From Rhodospirillaceae bacterium (GTDB lineage: Bacteria > Pseudomonadota > Gammaproteobacteria > Steroidobacterales > Rariloculaceae), in NCBI GenBank assembly GCA_037445815.1, contig JBBIJV010000001.1:8750-72749 (forward strand): 64,000 nucleotides of DNA. The letters run 5' to 3'. Under the pieces are notes generated by a model that did not search any database, was not told the origin of the DNA, and saw only the letters and a list, made by a program, of their open reading frames with translations. How positions within the stretch are numbered: position 1 is the stretch's first letter; each line of letters starts with the position of its first letter. The position numbers and the translations under genes were made by a program. This document shows, in pieces, positions 33,395 through 42,992 of this stretch.

Positions 33395-34669
33395 ATGGCT
33401 CGGATCGTCATCATCGGCGCAGGAACGGGAGGTGTGCCGGCCGCTTACGAGCTGCGGCACGCGCTCGGCCGGCAACCCGAGATCACCCTCGTCAACAACT
33501 CGAAGCGGTTCCAGTTCGTGCCGTCGAATCCCTGGATCGCGGTCGGTTGGCGGACGCCGGAGCAGACGAGTCTCGATCTAGAGCCGTACCTCGCGCAACA
33601 CGCTATCCGGTTCGTTCCCCAGCCGGTTACGCGCATCGCGGCGGGCGACAAGTCCGTCGAGCTCGCAGACGGCACGCGGCTCGGATACGACTTTCTCGTG
33701 CTTACGACGGGCCCGAAGCTCGCCTTCGAGGAGATTCGAGGCTTCGACCCTGCGAGCGGCAACTCGCACTCCATTTGCACGCTCGAGCACGCGCTGGACA
33801 CCTACGCTCACTACCGCAAGTTTCTCGAGGATCCGGGGCACGTCGTCGTCGGCGCCGTGCAAGGCGCGAGCTGCTTCGGCCCGGCCTACGAGTTCGCCAT
33901 GATCCTCGACGCGGATCTGCGCAAGCGTAAGCTTCGCCACCGCGTGCCGATGACGTTCGTGACGAGCGAGCCGTACATCGGCCACATGGGACTCGGCGGC
34001 GTCGGCGACTCGAAAGGCCTCATGGAGTCGGAGCTCAGACAGCGGCACATACAGTGGATCACGAACGCAACCGTCGACGAGATCGCGCCTCGTAGAATCG
34101 TCGTCACCGAGCACGATGCGCAAGGGCAGCCCCTCAAAACGCAAACGCTCGAGTCGAAATTTACGATGCTTCTGCCCGCGTTCAAGGGCGTAGACGCCGT
34201 CGCCTCCGTCGAAGGACTCTGCAACGCGCGTGGGTTCGTGGTCGTCGACGAGCATCAGCGCAGCCCGAAGTACCCGTCGATCTACGCGGCCGGCGTCGCC
34301 ATCGCGATTCCGCCCGTCCAGAAGACGCCGGTGCCGACCGGTGCACCGAAGACGGGATACATGATCGAATCGATGGTGAGCGCGATCGTCGCCAACATCG
34401 GCGCCGAGCTGCGCGGCGAGCCGCCGGCGGCGCAGCCATCCCTCTCCGCGATCTGCCTCGCCGACGCCGGCGACGATGGCCTCGCATTCGTGGCGCAGCC
34501 GGAGCTGCCACCGCGTAACGTGACATGGGCAAAGAAGGGCAAGTGGGTGCACCTTGCGAAAGTCGCCTTCGAGAAGTACTTCATCCACAAAATCAAGACC
34601 GGCAATACAGACCCCGTCTACGAGCGCTACGTGTTGAAGGCGCTCGGAATCGAGCGGCTGCGGACGTGA
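33395..34669 (+). CDS. sqr: Sulfide:quinone oxidoreductase (type I SQR-like flavoprotein)
   Basis: 424 aa. It has the FAD fold MARIVIIGAGTGGVPAAYEL and three conserved Cys contexts (SICTLEH, GASCFGPAYE, SAICLADAG). The C-terminal amphipathic tail is KYFIHKIKTGNTDPVYERYVLK. Confidence 0.9.
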   Translation: MARIVIIGAGTGGVPAAYELRHALGRQPEITLVNNSKRFQFVPSNPWIAVGWRTPEQTSLDLEPYLAQHAIRFVPQPVTRIAAGDKSVELADGTRLGYDFLVLTTGPKLAFEEIRGFDPASGNSHSICTLEHALDTYAHYRKFLEDPGHVVVGAVQGASCFGPAYEFAMILDADLRKRKLRHRVPMTFVTSEPYIGHMGLGGVGDSKGLMESELRQRHIQWITNATVDEIAPRRIVVTEHDAQGQPLKTQTLESKFTMLLPAFKGVDAVASVEGLCNARGFVVVDEHQRSPKYPSIYAAGVAIAIPPVQKTPVPTGAPKTGYMIESMVSAIVANIGAELRGEPPAAQPSLSAICLADAGDDGLAFVAQPELPPRNVTWAKKGKWVHLAKVAFEKYFIHKIKTGNTDPVYERYVLKALGIERLRT

Positions 34670-34688
34670 CTCGAAGAAAAGCGAGATC

Positions 34689-36074
34689 ATGAGCGAGTTC
34701 GTTGCACGCGTGCGGTCCTCCCTTCGGCCATCGCGCTCGGCATTGCTCTACTGCCGGCGCCGTCGGATCTCGTCCGGCATCCATGCCGGCGCGCACTGGG
34801 TGCTCGTCGCGGGGCTCACGTTCGCGGCGCCCACGGCGGCCGCGGAGACGCTCGAGGAAGCTTGGCGAGCCGCGCTCGCGGCTGACGCGCGCCTCGCCGC
34901 CGCCGAAACGCGCACGGCGGCCAGGGAGGCGGCGATCCTCGTCGCGCGGGCCGAGCGTCGCCCCAGCGTGACGGCATCGACCATCACGAGCCGGTGGCGA
35001 GACACGCCGGCGTTCGATTTCCGCGGCGCCGGCCTGCCCGTTGCGCTGCCGTTGTTCGGCGGCAAGACGCTGAATCTTGCGTCGGCCGAGATGTCGCTAC
35101 CTCTTTATACGGGCGGCGCACTCGCTGCGAACATGTCCGCGGCCACGGCCTCGCGCGATCGTGAGGCGCGTCTCGCCGACGCGCTCCGCCAAGACGTGCT
35201 ACTCGCCGTCGCCGAGGCCTACGTCGGCGTGCTGCGAGCCTCGAGCGCGCTCGACGTCGCGCGCTCGCTCAGCGCGAGCTTGGCGGCACACGCCCGCGAC
35301 GTCGAAGACATGCGCCGCTCGGGACAAGTTCCGGCGAACGACTATCTGGCGGCCGCCGTATCGCTCGCGGACGCACGCCAACGCGAGCTAACGGCGCAGA
35401 GCGCGCTTCAGGTCGCGCGGGCGGCTTACAATCGAAGGCTGGGCCGTCCCTTCGGCTCGCCCGTCGTCGTCGAGTCGCTCACGGAGCCGCTCGGCGGCGT
35501 GGCGATCACCGCATCGTTAGAGGAGCTCGTAGCGGCGGCGCGCGCGGCGCGGCCCGAGCTCGAGGAGCTCGCCGCGGCGGCCGACGCCCTCGAAGCGCAA
35601 GCAGCGGCCGCGCGCGCCGCGCGCCGCCCGCAGCTCGCTTTGAACGGCGGCTACGCGCACGTCGAGAACGACTTCTTGAGCCGCGAGGACTTCTGGTATG
35701 CCTCCTTCGGCGTGCGCTTCAACGCATTCGACGGAGGACGCAGCCGCCATGCGAGCGCGGCGCTCGAGCGTCAAGCAGCCGCGGTCGAAAGCGAGCGGCG
35801 TGACCGCGGCGCCGAGATCGAGCTCGAAGTTCACAGAGCTCTTGCCGAGCTCACGACGGCGCGGGAGCGCGTCGCCGCTGCCTCCGCGGCCGTGGAGCAA
35901 GCCGAGGAAAATCTCCGCGTCGTGCGCGATCGCTACCGCAACGGCGAGGGCACGAACACCGAGGTGCTCGACGCCGAGGGGCTGCGCACGCTCTCGGCGA
36001 GCAATTTCGATACGGCGCGCTACGACGTGCGATTGGCGGAGCTGAAGCTCAGCCGCGCGATCGGTGCGCTCTGA
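34689..36074 (+). CDS. TolC-family outer membrane efflux protein
   Basis: 461 aa. Two OEP repeats are present, with TLEEAWRAALAADARLAAA and a terminal RYDVRLAELKLSRAIG. Confidence 0.85.
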   Translation: MSEFVARVRSSLRPSRSALLYCRRRRISSGIHAGAHWVLVAGLTFAAPTAAAETLEEAWRAALAADARLAAAETRTAAREAAILVARAERRPSVTASTITSRWRDTPAFDFRGAGLPVALPLFGGKTLNLASAEMSLPLYTGGALAANMSAATASRDREARLADALRQDVLLAVAEAYVGVLRASSALDVARSLSASLAAHARDVEDMRRSGQVPANDYLAAAVSLADARQRELTAQSALQVARAAYNRRLGRPFGSPVVVESLTEPLGGVAITASLEELVAAARAARPELEELAAAADALEAQAAAARAARRPQLALNGGYAHVENDFLSREDFWYASFGVRFNAFDGGRSRHASAALERQAAAVESERRDRGAEIELEVHRALAELTTARERVAAASAAVEQAEENLRVVRDRYRNGEGTNTEVLDAEGLRTLSASNFDTARYDVRLAELKLSRAIGAL

Positions 36075-36158
36075 TCCACGCATGGCCGCCCACGACGACA
36101 TGGCTGCTCGCGCCGGAGGAACAGGAAACGCGGTGGCCGTTTCGAAGGAGTCGTACGG

Positions 36159-37199
36159 ATGACGTTGCGCTGCTCGTCATGCTCCCGGTTCGTCGCGCTG
36201 CTCTCCGCGGCCGCCGCGAGCGCGGCTGCGGCCCTCGACGTCCCTTTTTCGACGTTGACGCCGACATACGAGGCCTCACCGCGGGAACGCGTATTCGACG
36301 GCACCGTCGAGGCCGTCGATCAAGCGACAGTGTCGGCGCAGACGTCGGGTCGAGTCGCCGAGATCTACTACGACGTCGACGACTTCGTCGCTGCCGGCGC
36401 CCCGATCATGCGTTTCACGGACACGGAACAGCGGGCCGCGCTCGACGCCGCCCGCGCCGCTGTCGAAGAAGCCGAGGCGCGGGCCGCGGAGGCGGAGAGC
36501 GAGTTTGCGCGCATTTCGGCGATGTTCGAGAACGGCACCGTTGCCCGAGCGCGCTACGAGCAGGCGCAGGCGAGCCGCGCCGCCGCCTCGGCGCGGCTCG
36601 AAGCCGCGCGCGCCGGTCTCATGAATGCCGAGGAACAGCTCGAATTCACCGTCGTCCGGGCGCCGTACGCGGGCATCGTGTCCCGACGCCACGTCGCCGT
36701 CGGCGAGCTCGTGCGACCCGGCGCACCGCTGATGAGCGGCCTGTCGCTCGATCGAGTCAGGGTCGTCGTGGACGTACCGCAAAGCATGCTCGACCCGATC
36801 CGCGAGATCGGCAAAGCCAACGTCTATGTCGGCGAGCGAACGATCGCCGCCGAGTCGCTGACGTTCTTCCCCGTCGCCGACGCGGCGACGAACACGTTCC
36901 GCGTGCGCGCCGCCTTGCCCGCCGGCAGCGCCACGCTGTACCCCGGCACGTTCGTGAAGATCGGCTTCGTCGTCGGGGAAACGGAACGGATGCTGGTGCC
37001 AGCGAGCGCGCTCGTGCAGCGCAGCGAGCTCACGGCCGTCTACGTCGTCGGCGAGGAAGCGGTTACGCTGCGCCAAGTTCGCGTCGGCCGCCGCTATGGC
37101 GACAAGATCGAGGTGCTTGCGGGGCTCGCGGCCGGCGAGACGGTAGCTGCGGACCCCGTAGCAGCCGGCGTTTACCTGCGAGAGCGCGCTCGACGATGA
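36159..37199 (+). CDS. RND efflux periplasmic adaptor (MFP/HlyD family)
   Basis: 346 aa. It has a lipoyl/hairpin/beta-barrel layout (VSAQTSGRVAEIYYDVDDFVAAGAPIMRF, coiled-coil Ala/Glu stretch, FTVVRAPYAGIVSRRHVAVGELV). Its stop overlaps the permease ATG (ATGA at 37196-37199). Confidence 0.85.
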   Translation: MTLRCSSCSRFVALLSAAAASAAAALDVPFSTLTPTYEASPRERVFDGTVEAVDQATVSAQTSGRVAEIYYDVDDFVAAGAPIMRFTDTEQRAALDAARAAVEEAEARAAEAESEFARISAMFENGTVARARYEQAQASRAAASARLEAARAGLMNAEEQLEFTVVRAPYAGIVSRRHVAVGELVRPGAPLMSGLSLDRVRVVVDVPQSMLDPIREIGKANVYVGERTIAAESLTFFPVADAATNTFRVRAALPAGSATLYPGTFVKIGFVVGETERMLVPASALVQRSELTAVYVVGEEAVTLRQVRVGRRYGDKIEVLAGLAAGETVAADPVAAGVYLRERARR

Positions 37200-40100
37200 A
37201 CTCCCCGGGCACACTGGGATTTTCGGGGCGCCTGGCGGCCGCGTTTCAAACGTCGAAGATCACGCCGCTGCTCGCGCTGACGGGCCTCCTGCTCGGGCTG
37301 TTCGCCATGCTCGTCACGCCGCGCGAAGAAGAGCCGCAGATCAACGTCACGTTCGCGAACGTGTTCGTGCCTTATCCCGGGGCGAGCGCGGCCGAGGTGG
37401 AGAACCTCGTGTCGATCCCGATGGAGCAAGTGCTCGCCGAGATCGAAGGGGTGAAGCACACCTACTCGATGTCGCGTCCCGGCATGGCCGTGCTGACGAT
37501 TCAATTCGAAGTGGGCCAGGACCGCACCGAGGCGATCGTGCGGCTCTACAACGCCGTGCTATCGAACCAGGATGCACGCCGCGCGGCCGCCGGGATCCAG
37601 GCGCCGCTCGTCCAGCCGATGGGCATCGACGACGTGCCGATCGTCACCGTGACCCTCTGGACCGATGACGAAACGCGCGGCGGCCACGACTTGCAGCGGA
37701 TCGCACACGCGCTCGAGGCGGAGCTCAAACGCGTATCCGGCACGCGCGACGTCTACACGATCGGCGGGCCGGACAACGTCGTGCACGTGCGGCTCGACGC
37801 GCAGCGCCTCGCCGCGTACGGCCTCAATCTGGACGAGCTGCGGCAAACGCTGGCCGCGGCGAACGCCGCGACGCACTCCGGCGCTATCGTGGCACGCGAC
37901 GCCGAGATCCCGGTAACGGCCGGCCGCTTCCTCCGCACCGCGGGCGAAGTCGCCGAGATCGTCGTCGGCGTGCACGACGGGAAGCCGATCTATCTCGACG
38001 ACGTTGCCGACATCGCAGCGGGCCCGGATCAGCCCGAACGTTACGTGCGCTTCGGCACTGGGTTGGGCGCCGCGCAGCTCGATCTGCCGGCCGGCATCAC
38101 GGCGCCGGCCGTGACGCTCGCAATCGCCAAAAAGTCCGGCACGAACGCTGTCGACATCGCACGTGCGATCGAGGCGCGGCTCGCGGCTCTCGAAGGCGTG
38201 TTGATTCCCGAGGGCGTGCGAGCCACCGTCACGCGCAACTACGGCAAGACGGCCGACGACAAGGCGCGCACGTTGATCGGAAAGCTGGTGTTTGCCACGA
38301 CGGCCGTCGTTGTGCTCGTGTTGCTCACGCTCGGTTGGCGCGAGGCCGTCGTCGTCGGCGCCGCCGTGGTGCTCACGCTGGCCGTTACGCTGTTTGCATC
38401 ATGGGCGTGGGGCTTCACGATCAACCGCGTCTCGCTATTCGCACTGATCTTCTCCATCGGCATCCTCGTCGACGATGCGATCGTCGTCGTGGAAAACGTT
38501 CACCGTCATATGGCGATGGGCGCGGTCACCCTGCGCGAGGCAATACCGCGCGCCGTCGACGAGGTCGGAGGACCGACGATCCTCGCGACATTCACGGTCA
38601 TCGCGGCGCTGCTCCCCATGGCGTTCGTATCTGGGCTCATGGGCCCTTATATGAGCCCGATACCGATCAATGCGAGCTTAGGGATGTTGCTTTCGCTCGC
38701 CATCGCGCTCGTCGTCACGCCGTGGCTCGCGAACCGGTTGCTCGCAGGACATGACCCCCGCCGCGTGCAAACGGAGCCGACGCTCGAGCCGCTGTTTCGA
38801 GGCCTCATGAGCCCCTTCTTGAGCGCAACCTCAGGCCGCCGCTCGAGGCACAAGCTCTACGGCGGCGTAGCGCTCGCGATTGCCTTGGCCATGGGGCTGG
38901 CCGTCGCGCGGCTCGTGGTGCTCAAGATGCTGCCGTTCGACAACAAGTCCGAGCTGCAAATCGTCGTCGACATGCCCGAAGGCACGTCGGTGGAGCGCAC
39001 CGCCGCCGTGCTCGACGAGCTGGCTGCGCACGTCGCCACCGTGCGGGAAGTCAGCGACTATCAAACGTATGCCGGCACTGCGTCGCCGATCAACTTCAAC
39101 GGCCTCGTACGCCAGTACTACCTTCGGGCGGGTGCGAACGTCGGCGACATTCAGGTCAATCTCGTGGACAAGGAGCTCCGCGAGCGGCAGAGCCATGAAA
39201 TAGCGCGAAGCCTGCGCGAGCCGCTCGTGGCGATCGGGCGCAAGCACGGCGCGTCCGTGAAGATCGTCGAGGTACCCCCGGGACCGCCCGTGCAAGCGCC
39301 GCTCGTCGCGGAGATCTATGGGCCGGATTACACAGGCCAGCTTGCGCTCGCGAGCGAGCTAAACGCGCTCTTTGCCGCAACCGAGGGCATCGTAGACGTC
39401 GACGACAGCGTAGAGACGCCGGCGCCGCGCTGGCTGTTCGAGGTCGATCGCCATAAGGCGGCTTTGCTTGGCGTCGCACAGGCCGACGTCGCGCGTGCCC
39501 TTTCGGCCGCGCTCGGCGGTGAGGACGTGACGTACCTGCATGACGAGCACGCCAAGTATCCGATACCGATCCGGCTCGAGCTTCCCGTCGCCGACAAAGC
39601 GGCGCTCGACGACTTATTGATGCTCCGCGTCGGTGGCCGCTTCGGTCACCTCGTCCCGCTGGCCGAGGTCGTACGGCCGATCGAGGCACAGTGGGAGAAG
39701 GCGATCTATCACAAGGACCTCCTCCCCGTCGCATTCGTCACGGCCGACATGGCGGGCGATCTCGATAGCCCTCTTTACGGCATGTTCCGGCTCGCCGCAA
39801 AGATCGCGGACACCGCGTGGACCCCCGGCGGTGAAGCGCAGGAAGCCGTTGGCGTTGCGCGCGGCGGGCGAACATTGGCGCAGTACTACGTTGCTCAACC
39901 CGACGTCACGTACGACTACAGTTTGAAGTGGGATGGCGAGTGGCAAGTCACGTACGACACGTTCCGCGATATGGGACTCGCCTACAGCGTCGGGCTCGTG
40001 CTCATTTATTTGCTCGTCGTGGCGCATTTCGGCTCTTACTCCGTGCCGCTCGTAATCATGGCCCCTATTCCACTCACGATCATCGGGGTCATGCCAGGCC

Positions 40101-40453
40101 ACGCGCTGCTCGGCGCGCAGTTCACGGCGACGTCGATGATCGGCATGATCGCGCTCGCCGGTATCATCGTTCGCAACTCGATCTTGCTCGTGGATTTCAT
40201 TCAGCAGGAGCTCGCTGCCGGCGCGAACCTCGAGGCCGCCGTCGTGCGCGCCGGCGCGGTTCGTGCGAAGCCGATCGCACTGACGGCTTTCGCCGCCGTG
40301 CTCGGAGCCTTCTTCATCCTCGACGATCCCATTTTCAACGGTCTCGCCGTGTCCCTGATCTTCGGCATTCTGATCTCGACCATGCTGACGCTCGTCGTGA
40401 TTCCCGTTATCTACTACGCGCTTCGGGTGCGCCTTGCGCCCGCCGGCGCTTAG
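37196..40453 (+). CDS. RND efflux permease (AcrB/AcrD/AcrF superfamily)
   Basis: 1085 aa from ATG 37196. The first 339 codons of track ORF 36179..40453 are an off-frame shadow of the adaptor gene. It has 12 TM segments and the TM4 motif SIGILVDDAIVVVENV. Confidence 0.9.
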   Translation: MNSPGTLGFSGRLAAAFQTSKITPLLALTGLLLGLFAMLVTPREEEPQINVTFANVFVPYPGASAAEVENLVSIPMEQVLAEIEGVKHTYSMSRPGMAVLTIQFEVGQDRTEAIVRLYNAVLSNQDARRAAAGIQAPLVQPMGIDDVPIVTVTLWTDDETRGGHDLQRIAHALEAELKRVSGTRDVYTIGGPDNVVHVRLDAQRLAAYGLNLDELRQTLAAANAATHSGAIVARDAEIPVTAGRFLRTAGEVAEIVVGVHDGKPIYLDDVADIAAGPDQPERYVRFGTGLGAAQLDLPAGITAPAVTLAIAKKSGTNAVDIARAIEARLAALEGVLIPEGVRATVTRNYGKTADDKARTLIGKLVFATTAVVVLVLLTLGWREAVVVGAAVVLTLAVTLFASWAWGFTINRVSLFALIFSIGILVDDAIVVVENVHRHMAMGAVTLREAIPRAVDEVGGPTILATFTVIAALLPMAFVSGLMGPYMSPIPINASLGMLLSLAIALVVTPWLANRLLAGHDPRRVQTEPTLEPLFRGLMSPFLSATSGRRSRHKLYGGVALAIALAMGLAVARLVVLKMLPFDNKSELQIVVDMPEGTSVERTAAVLDELAAHVATVREVSDYQTYAGTASPINFNGLVRQYYLRAGANVGDIQVNLVDKELRERQSHEIARSLREPLVAIGRKHGASVKIVEVPPGPPVQAPLVAEIYGPDYTGQLALASELNALFAATEGIVDVDDSVETPAPRWLFEVDRHKAALLGVAQADVARALSAALGGEDVTYLHDEHAKYPIPIRLELPVADKAALDDLLMLRVGGRFGHLVPLAEVVRPIEAQWEKAIYHKDLLPVAFVTADMAGDLDSPLYGMFRLAAKIADTAWTPGGEAQEAVGVARGGRTLAQYYVAQPDVTYDYSLKWDGEWQVTYDTFRDMGLAYSVGLVLIYLLVVAHFGSYSVPLVIMAPIPLTIIGVMPGHALLGAQFTATSMIGMIALAGIIVRNSILLVDFIQQELAAGANLEAAVVRAGAVRAKPIALTAFAAVLGAFFILDDPIFNGLAVSLIFGILISTMLTLVVIPVIYYALRVRLAPAGA

Positions 40454-40472
40454 AACTTGGCGCTTAGAACTT
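40445..40472. repeat. Perfect 14-bp tandem duplication at a convergent gene junction
   Basis: GGCGCTTAGAACTT occurs twice: 40445-40458 and 40459-40472. Copy 1 holds the TAG stop of the RND gene. Copy 2, read on the other strand, holds the last codons plus the TAA stop of the SDR gene. Confidence 0.85.
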
Positions 40473-41162
40473 CTCGGACCAGGGCCGCAAGTCGATTTCG
40501 TGCGTCCAGGCGCTGCGGCGCTGCCGGTGCAGCGCAAGATACGTTTGCGCGATGGCGTCGGGCTCGAGCAGCGAGTCCGGCCCGCGCTCGCCGAGCAGGT
40601 GCGCGTAGCGCTTCGAGTGGATCTGCCCGTCGATGATCACGTGCGCCACGTGGATACCCCTCGGCCCGAGCTCGCGCGCCATGCTCTGCGCGACGGCGCG
40701 CAAGCCGAACTTCGGCGACGCGAGGTTCACGAAGCTCGCGCCGCCGCGCAACGATGCCGTCGCGCCCGTGAAAAGAATCGTCCCAGCGCCGTGCTCGATC
40801 ATGCGCCGCGCCGCGGCTTGCCCCACGAGGAAGCCCGCGAAGCAGCCGACCCGCCAACAGCGCTCGAACTCCGCGGCATCGGTCTCGAGAATACTGCTGC
40901 GGACGAACGCGCCGGCGTTGAAAACGGCGACCTCGGGTTGGCCGAGCGACGCCGCGCGCTCGAAGACGCGCTCCACGTCGGCCTGCTGCGTCGCGTCGCA
41001 GTCGACGCGGACGACGCGGTCGTCCGCGTCGTCGAAGCCCTCGAGCTTCGACGCGGACCGCGCCGCCGCAACGACGGTGTAGCCCTCTTTAGCGAACGTG
41101 CGCACGAGTGCGGCACCGAGGCCGGGCCCGACGCCGACGATGACGGCGGTTGCTTGCGGCAT
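40464..41162 (-). CDS. Short-chain dehydrogenase/reductase (SDR) family oxidoreductase
   Basis: 232 aa. AVIVGVGPGLGAALVRTFAKEGYTV forms the Rossmann motif, followed by NAGAF and the ASPKFGLRAV region. Confidence 0.85.
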   Translation of the reverse strand: MPQATAVIVGVGPGLGAALVRTFAKEGYTVVAAARSASKLEGFDDADDRVVRVDCDATQQADVERVFERAASLGQPEVAVFNAGAFVRSSILETDAAEFERCWRVGCFAGFLVGQAAARRMIEHGAGTILFTGATASLRGGASFVNLASPKFGLRAVAQSMARELGPRGIHVAHVIIDGQIHSKRYAHLLGERGPDSLLEPDAIAQTYLALHRQRRSAWTHEIDLRPWSEKF

Positions 41163-41195
41163 GGCATCCTCCTCGCAGCTGGACCGCTGCTCCTC

Positions 41196-41534
41196 TCAAT
41201 GTAGCAGCTCGTCGATGCCTGAACGGTATTCCCGCGCCGACCGCGCGCCGACGTACACGCGCTTCACGTCGCCCGCGGCGAACAGCATCACCGTCGGCAC
41301 CGAGCGCACGCCGTAGCGCGCCGCGAGCCGCGGGTCCGCGTCGATGTCGACCTTCGCCACCGTGACGCGATCGGCGTAATCGCTCGCGAGCCCCTCGATG
41401 ACGGGCGCGACGGCGCGACACGGTCCGCACCAAGCCGCGGTGAAATCCACGACGGCGGGCCGCGGCGACTCCAGCACGACGCGATCGAAGTCGGCCTCGC
41501 CGACGGTCAATAGGGCTTTTCGTTCCTGTTCCAT
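41196..41534 (-). CDS. Thioredoxin
   Basis: 112 aa from ATG 41534 (AAGGAG upstream) inside track ORF 41196..41612. The active site is WCGPC, and VPTVMLF is also present. Confidence 0.9.
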   Translation of the reverse strand: MEQERKALLTVGEADFDRVVLESPRPAVVDFTAAWCGPCRAVAPVIEGLASDYADRVTVAKVDIDADPRLAARYGVRSVPTVMLFAAGDVKRVYVGARSAREYRSGIDELLH

Positions 41535-41581
41535 TGCGGATACTCCTTTCGTTAGCATGCGGCCGTTCGACCGAGCGGCCC

Positions 41582-42979
41582 TCAAGCCGTCGGCACCGGC
41601 GCGGCTTCCCAACCGCCGCCGAGCGCCTTGTAGATGAGCACGACGGCGGCGTTCAGATTCGCCTCTGCGGCGGCGACCTCGTCCTCCGCTTGCAACAACG
41701 TTCGCTCGGCATCGAGCAGCCGCAGGAAGTCGAGCGCGCCTTCGCGATATTGAATGCGCGCGAGCTCGGCGGCTCTGCGCGACGCCGTGGCCTGCTCGAG
41801 CACCGACTCAAGCCGCTGCCGCTCCGTGCCGTAAATCGCGAACGCGTTCTCCGTTTCCTCGAGCGCGCGCAGCACGGTTAGCTCGTATGCGGCGAGCGCG
41901 GCTTCGGCGCGCGCTTCGCTCACGAGCACCCGCGAGTACGCGCCGCGCTCGAACCCCGCCCACGACAGCACGGGCGACAGGCTCCAGGCGCGGCTCGTCG
42001 ACTCGCCTAGCTCGTCGGCGTCGCCGGCCACGAAGCCGATGAAGCCCGAGAGCGTGAGGCGCGGGAAGAGATCCGCCTTCGCGACGCCGACGCGCGCCGT
42101 CGCGGCGGCCAGCGCCCGCTCCGCTGCGCGGATATCGGGCCGGCGCTTCAGCAGCGCGGCCGGCGTATCGACGGCGAGCGTCGTCAGATGCGGCGCGACC
42201 TCCTTGTAAGCGAGCTCGTCAGCAAGCGCGCCCGGTCGCTCGCCGAGCAGCACCGCCAACCGGTTCGCGGCAATCGTCTCGGCTGCGGCGAGCGGCGGGA
42301 TCGTCGCTTCCGTGGCCGAAAGCCGTGCCGCCGCGCTTTGGACGTCGAGCTCGCTGCCGCGGCCGAGCTCCAGCCGGACGCGCGTCAGCTCGAGCGTCTC
42401 TCGTTGATAACCCAAGTTCTGCCGCGCGACGCGTAGACGCTTTTGCGCGCCGCGTAGCTCGACGTAGTTGCGGGCAACCTCGGCCGCGATCAGCACCTGG
42501 GCATCGCGCAGGTCCGCCACTGCGGCACCGGCCTCGGCGCCGGCCGCCTCGACGCCGCGGCGCACGCGGCCGAAGAGATCGAGCTCCCACAGCGTCGCGA
42601 GCCCTGAGTCGTAGCTCTCGACCTCGACGCGGTCCGTCGTGAAGCCGGGCTGCTGCCCCTTGCTCTCGGAGCGCGCGATCTCGGCCGTCACGCCGGGCCA
42701 ACGGTCGCGGCGTGCGCCGCTGAGCACCGCGCGCGCCTCCTCGACGCGCGCGAGCGCGATTTTGAGGTCGAGGTCGTCGGCGAGCGCGCGCTCGATCAAG
42801 CTGTCGAGCACGGGGTCTTGGAACTGCTCCCACCACGCTGCCTCGAACGGCTCTTCGGCGACGCCGGCCGTCGACGCTTCGATGAACGGCGTCGCGGCGG
42901 TTTCCGGCGCGCGGTAATCGGGCCCGACGGCGCAGGCGTTGAGCAGCGCCGCGACGGTCACCAACCATGCGTATCTCAT
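41582..42979 (-). CDS. RND efflux outer-membrane lipoprotein, NodT family
   Basis: 465 aa. The lipobox is LLNAC, followed by GPDYRAPE. It also has WWEQFQDP and two OEP repeats. Confidence 0.9.
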   Translation of the reverse strand: MRYAWLVTVAALLNACAVGPDYRAPETAATPFIEASTAGVAEEPFEAAWWEQFQDPVLDSLIERALADDLDLKIALARVEEARAVLSGARRDRWPGVTAEIARSESKGQQPGFTTDRVEVESYDSGLATLWELDLFGRVRRGVEAAGAEAGAAVADLRDAQVLIAAEVARNYVELRGAQKRLRVARQNLGYQRETLELTRVRLELGRGSELDVQSAAARLSATEATIPPLAAAETIAANRLAVLLGERPGALADELAYKEVAPHLTTLAVDTPAALLKRRPDIRAAERALAAATARVGVAKADLFPRLTLSGFIGFVAGDADELGESTSRAWSLSPVLSWAGFERGAYSRVLVSEARAEAALAAYELTVLRALEETENAFAIYGTERQRLESVLEQATASRRAAELARIQYREGALDFLRLLDAERTLLQAEDEVAAAEANLNAAVVLIYKALGGGWEAAPVPTA

Positions 42980-42992
42980 CTCAAATCACTCC

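Noticed and set aside
36179-37195. The 1424-aa track ORF suggests that the RND permease begins at 36179.
   Set aside because: The first 339 codons are Arg/Gly/Ala-rich and lie out of frame over the well-supported adaptor gene (36159..37199). A canonical permease N terminus (MNSPGTLGFSGRLAAAFQTSKITPLL) starts at ATG 37196 and overlaps the adaptor stop.
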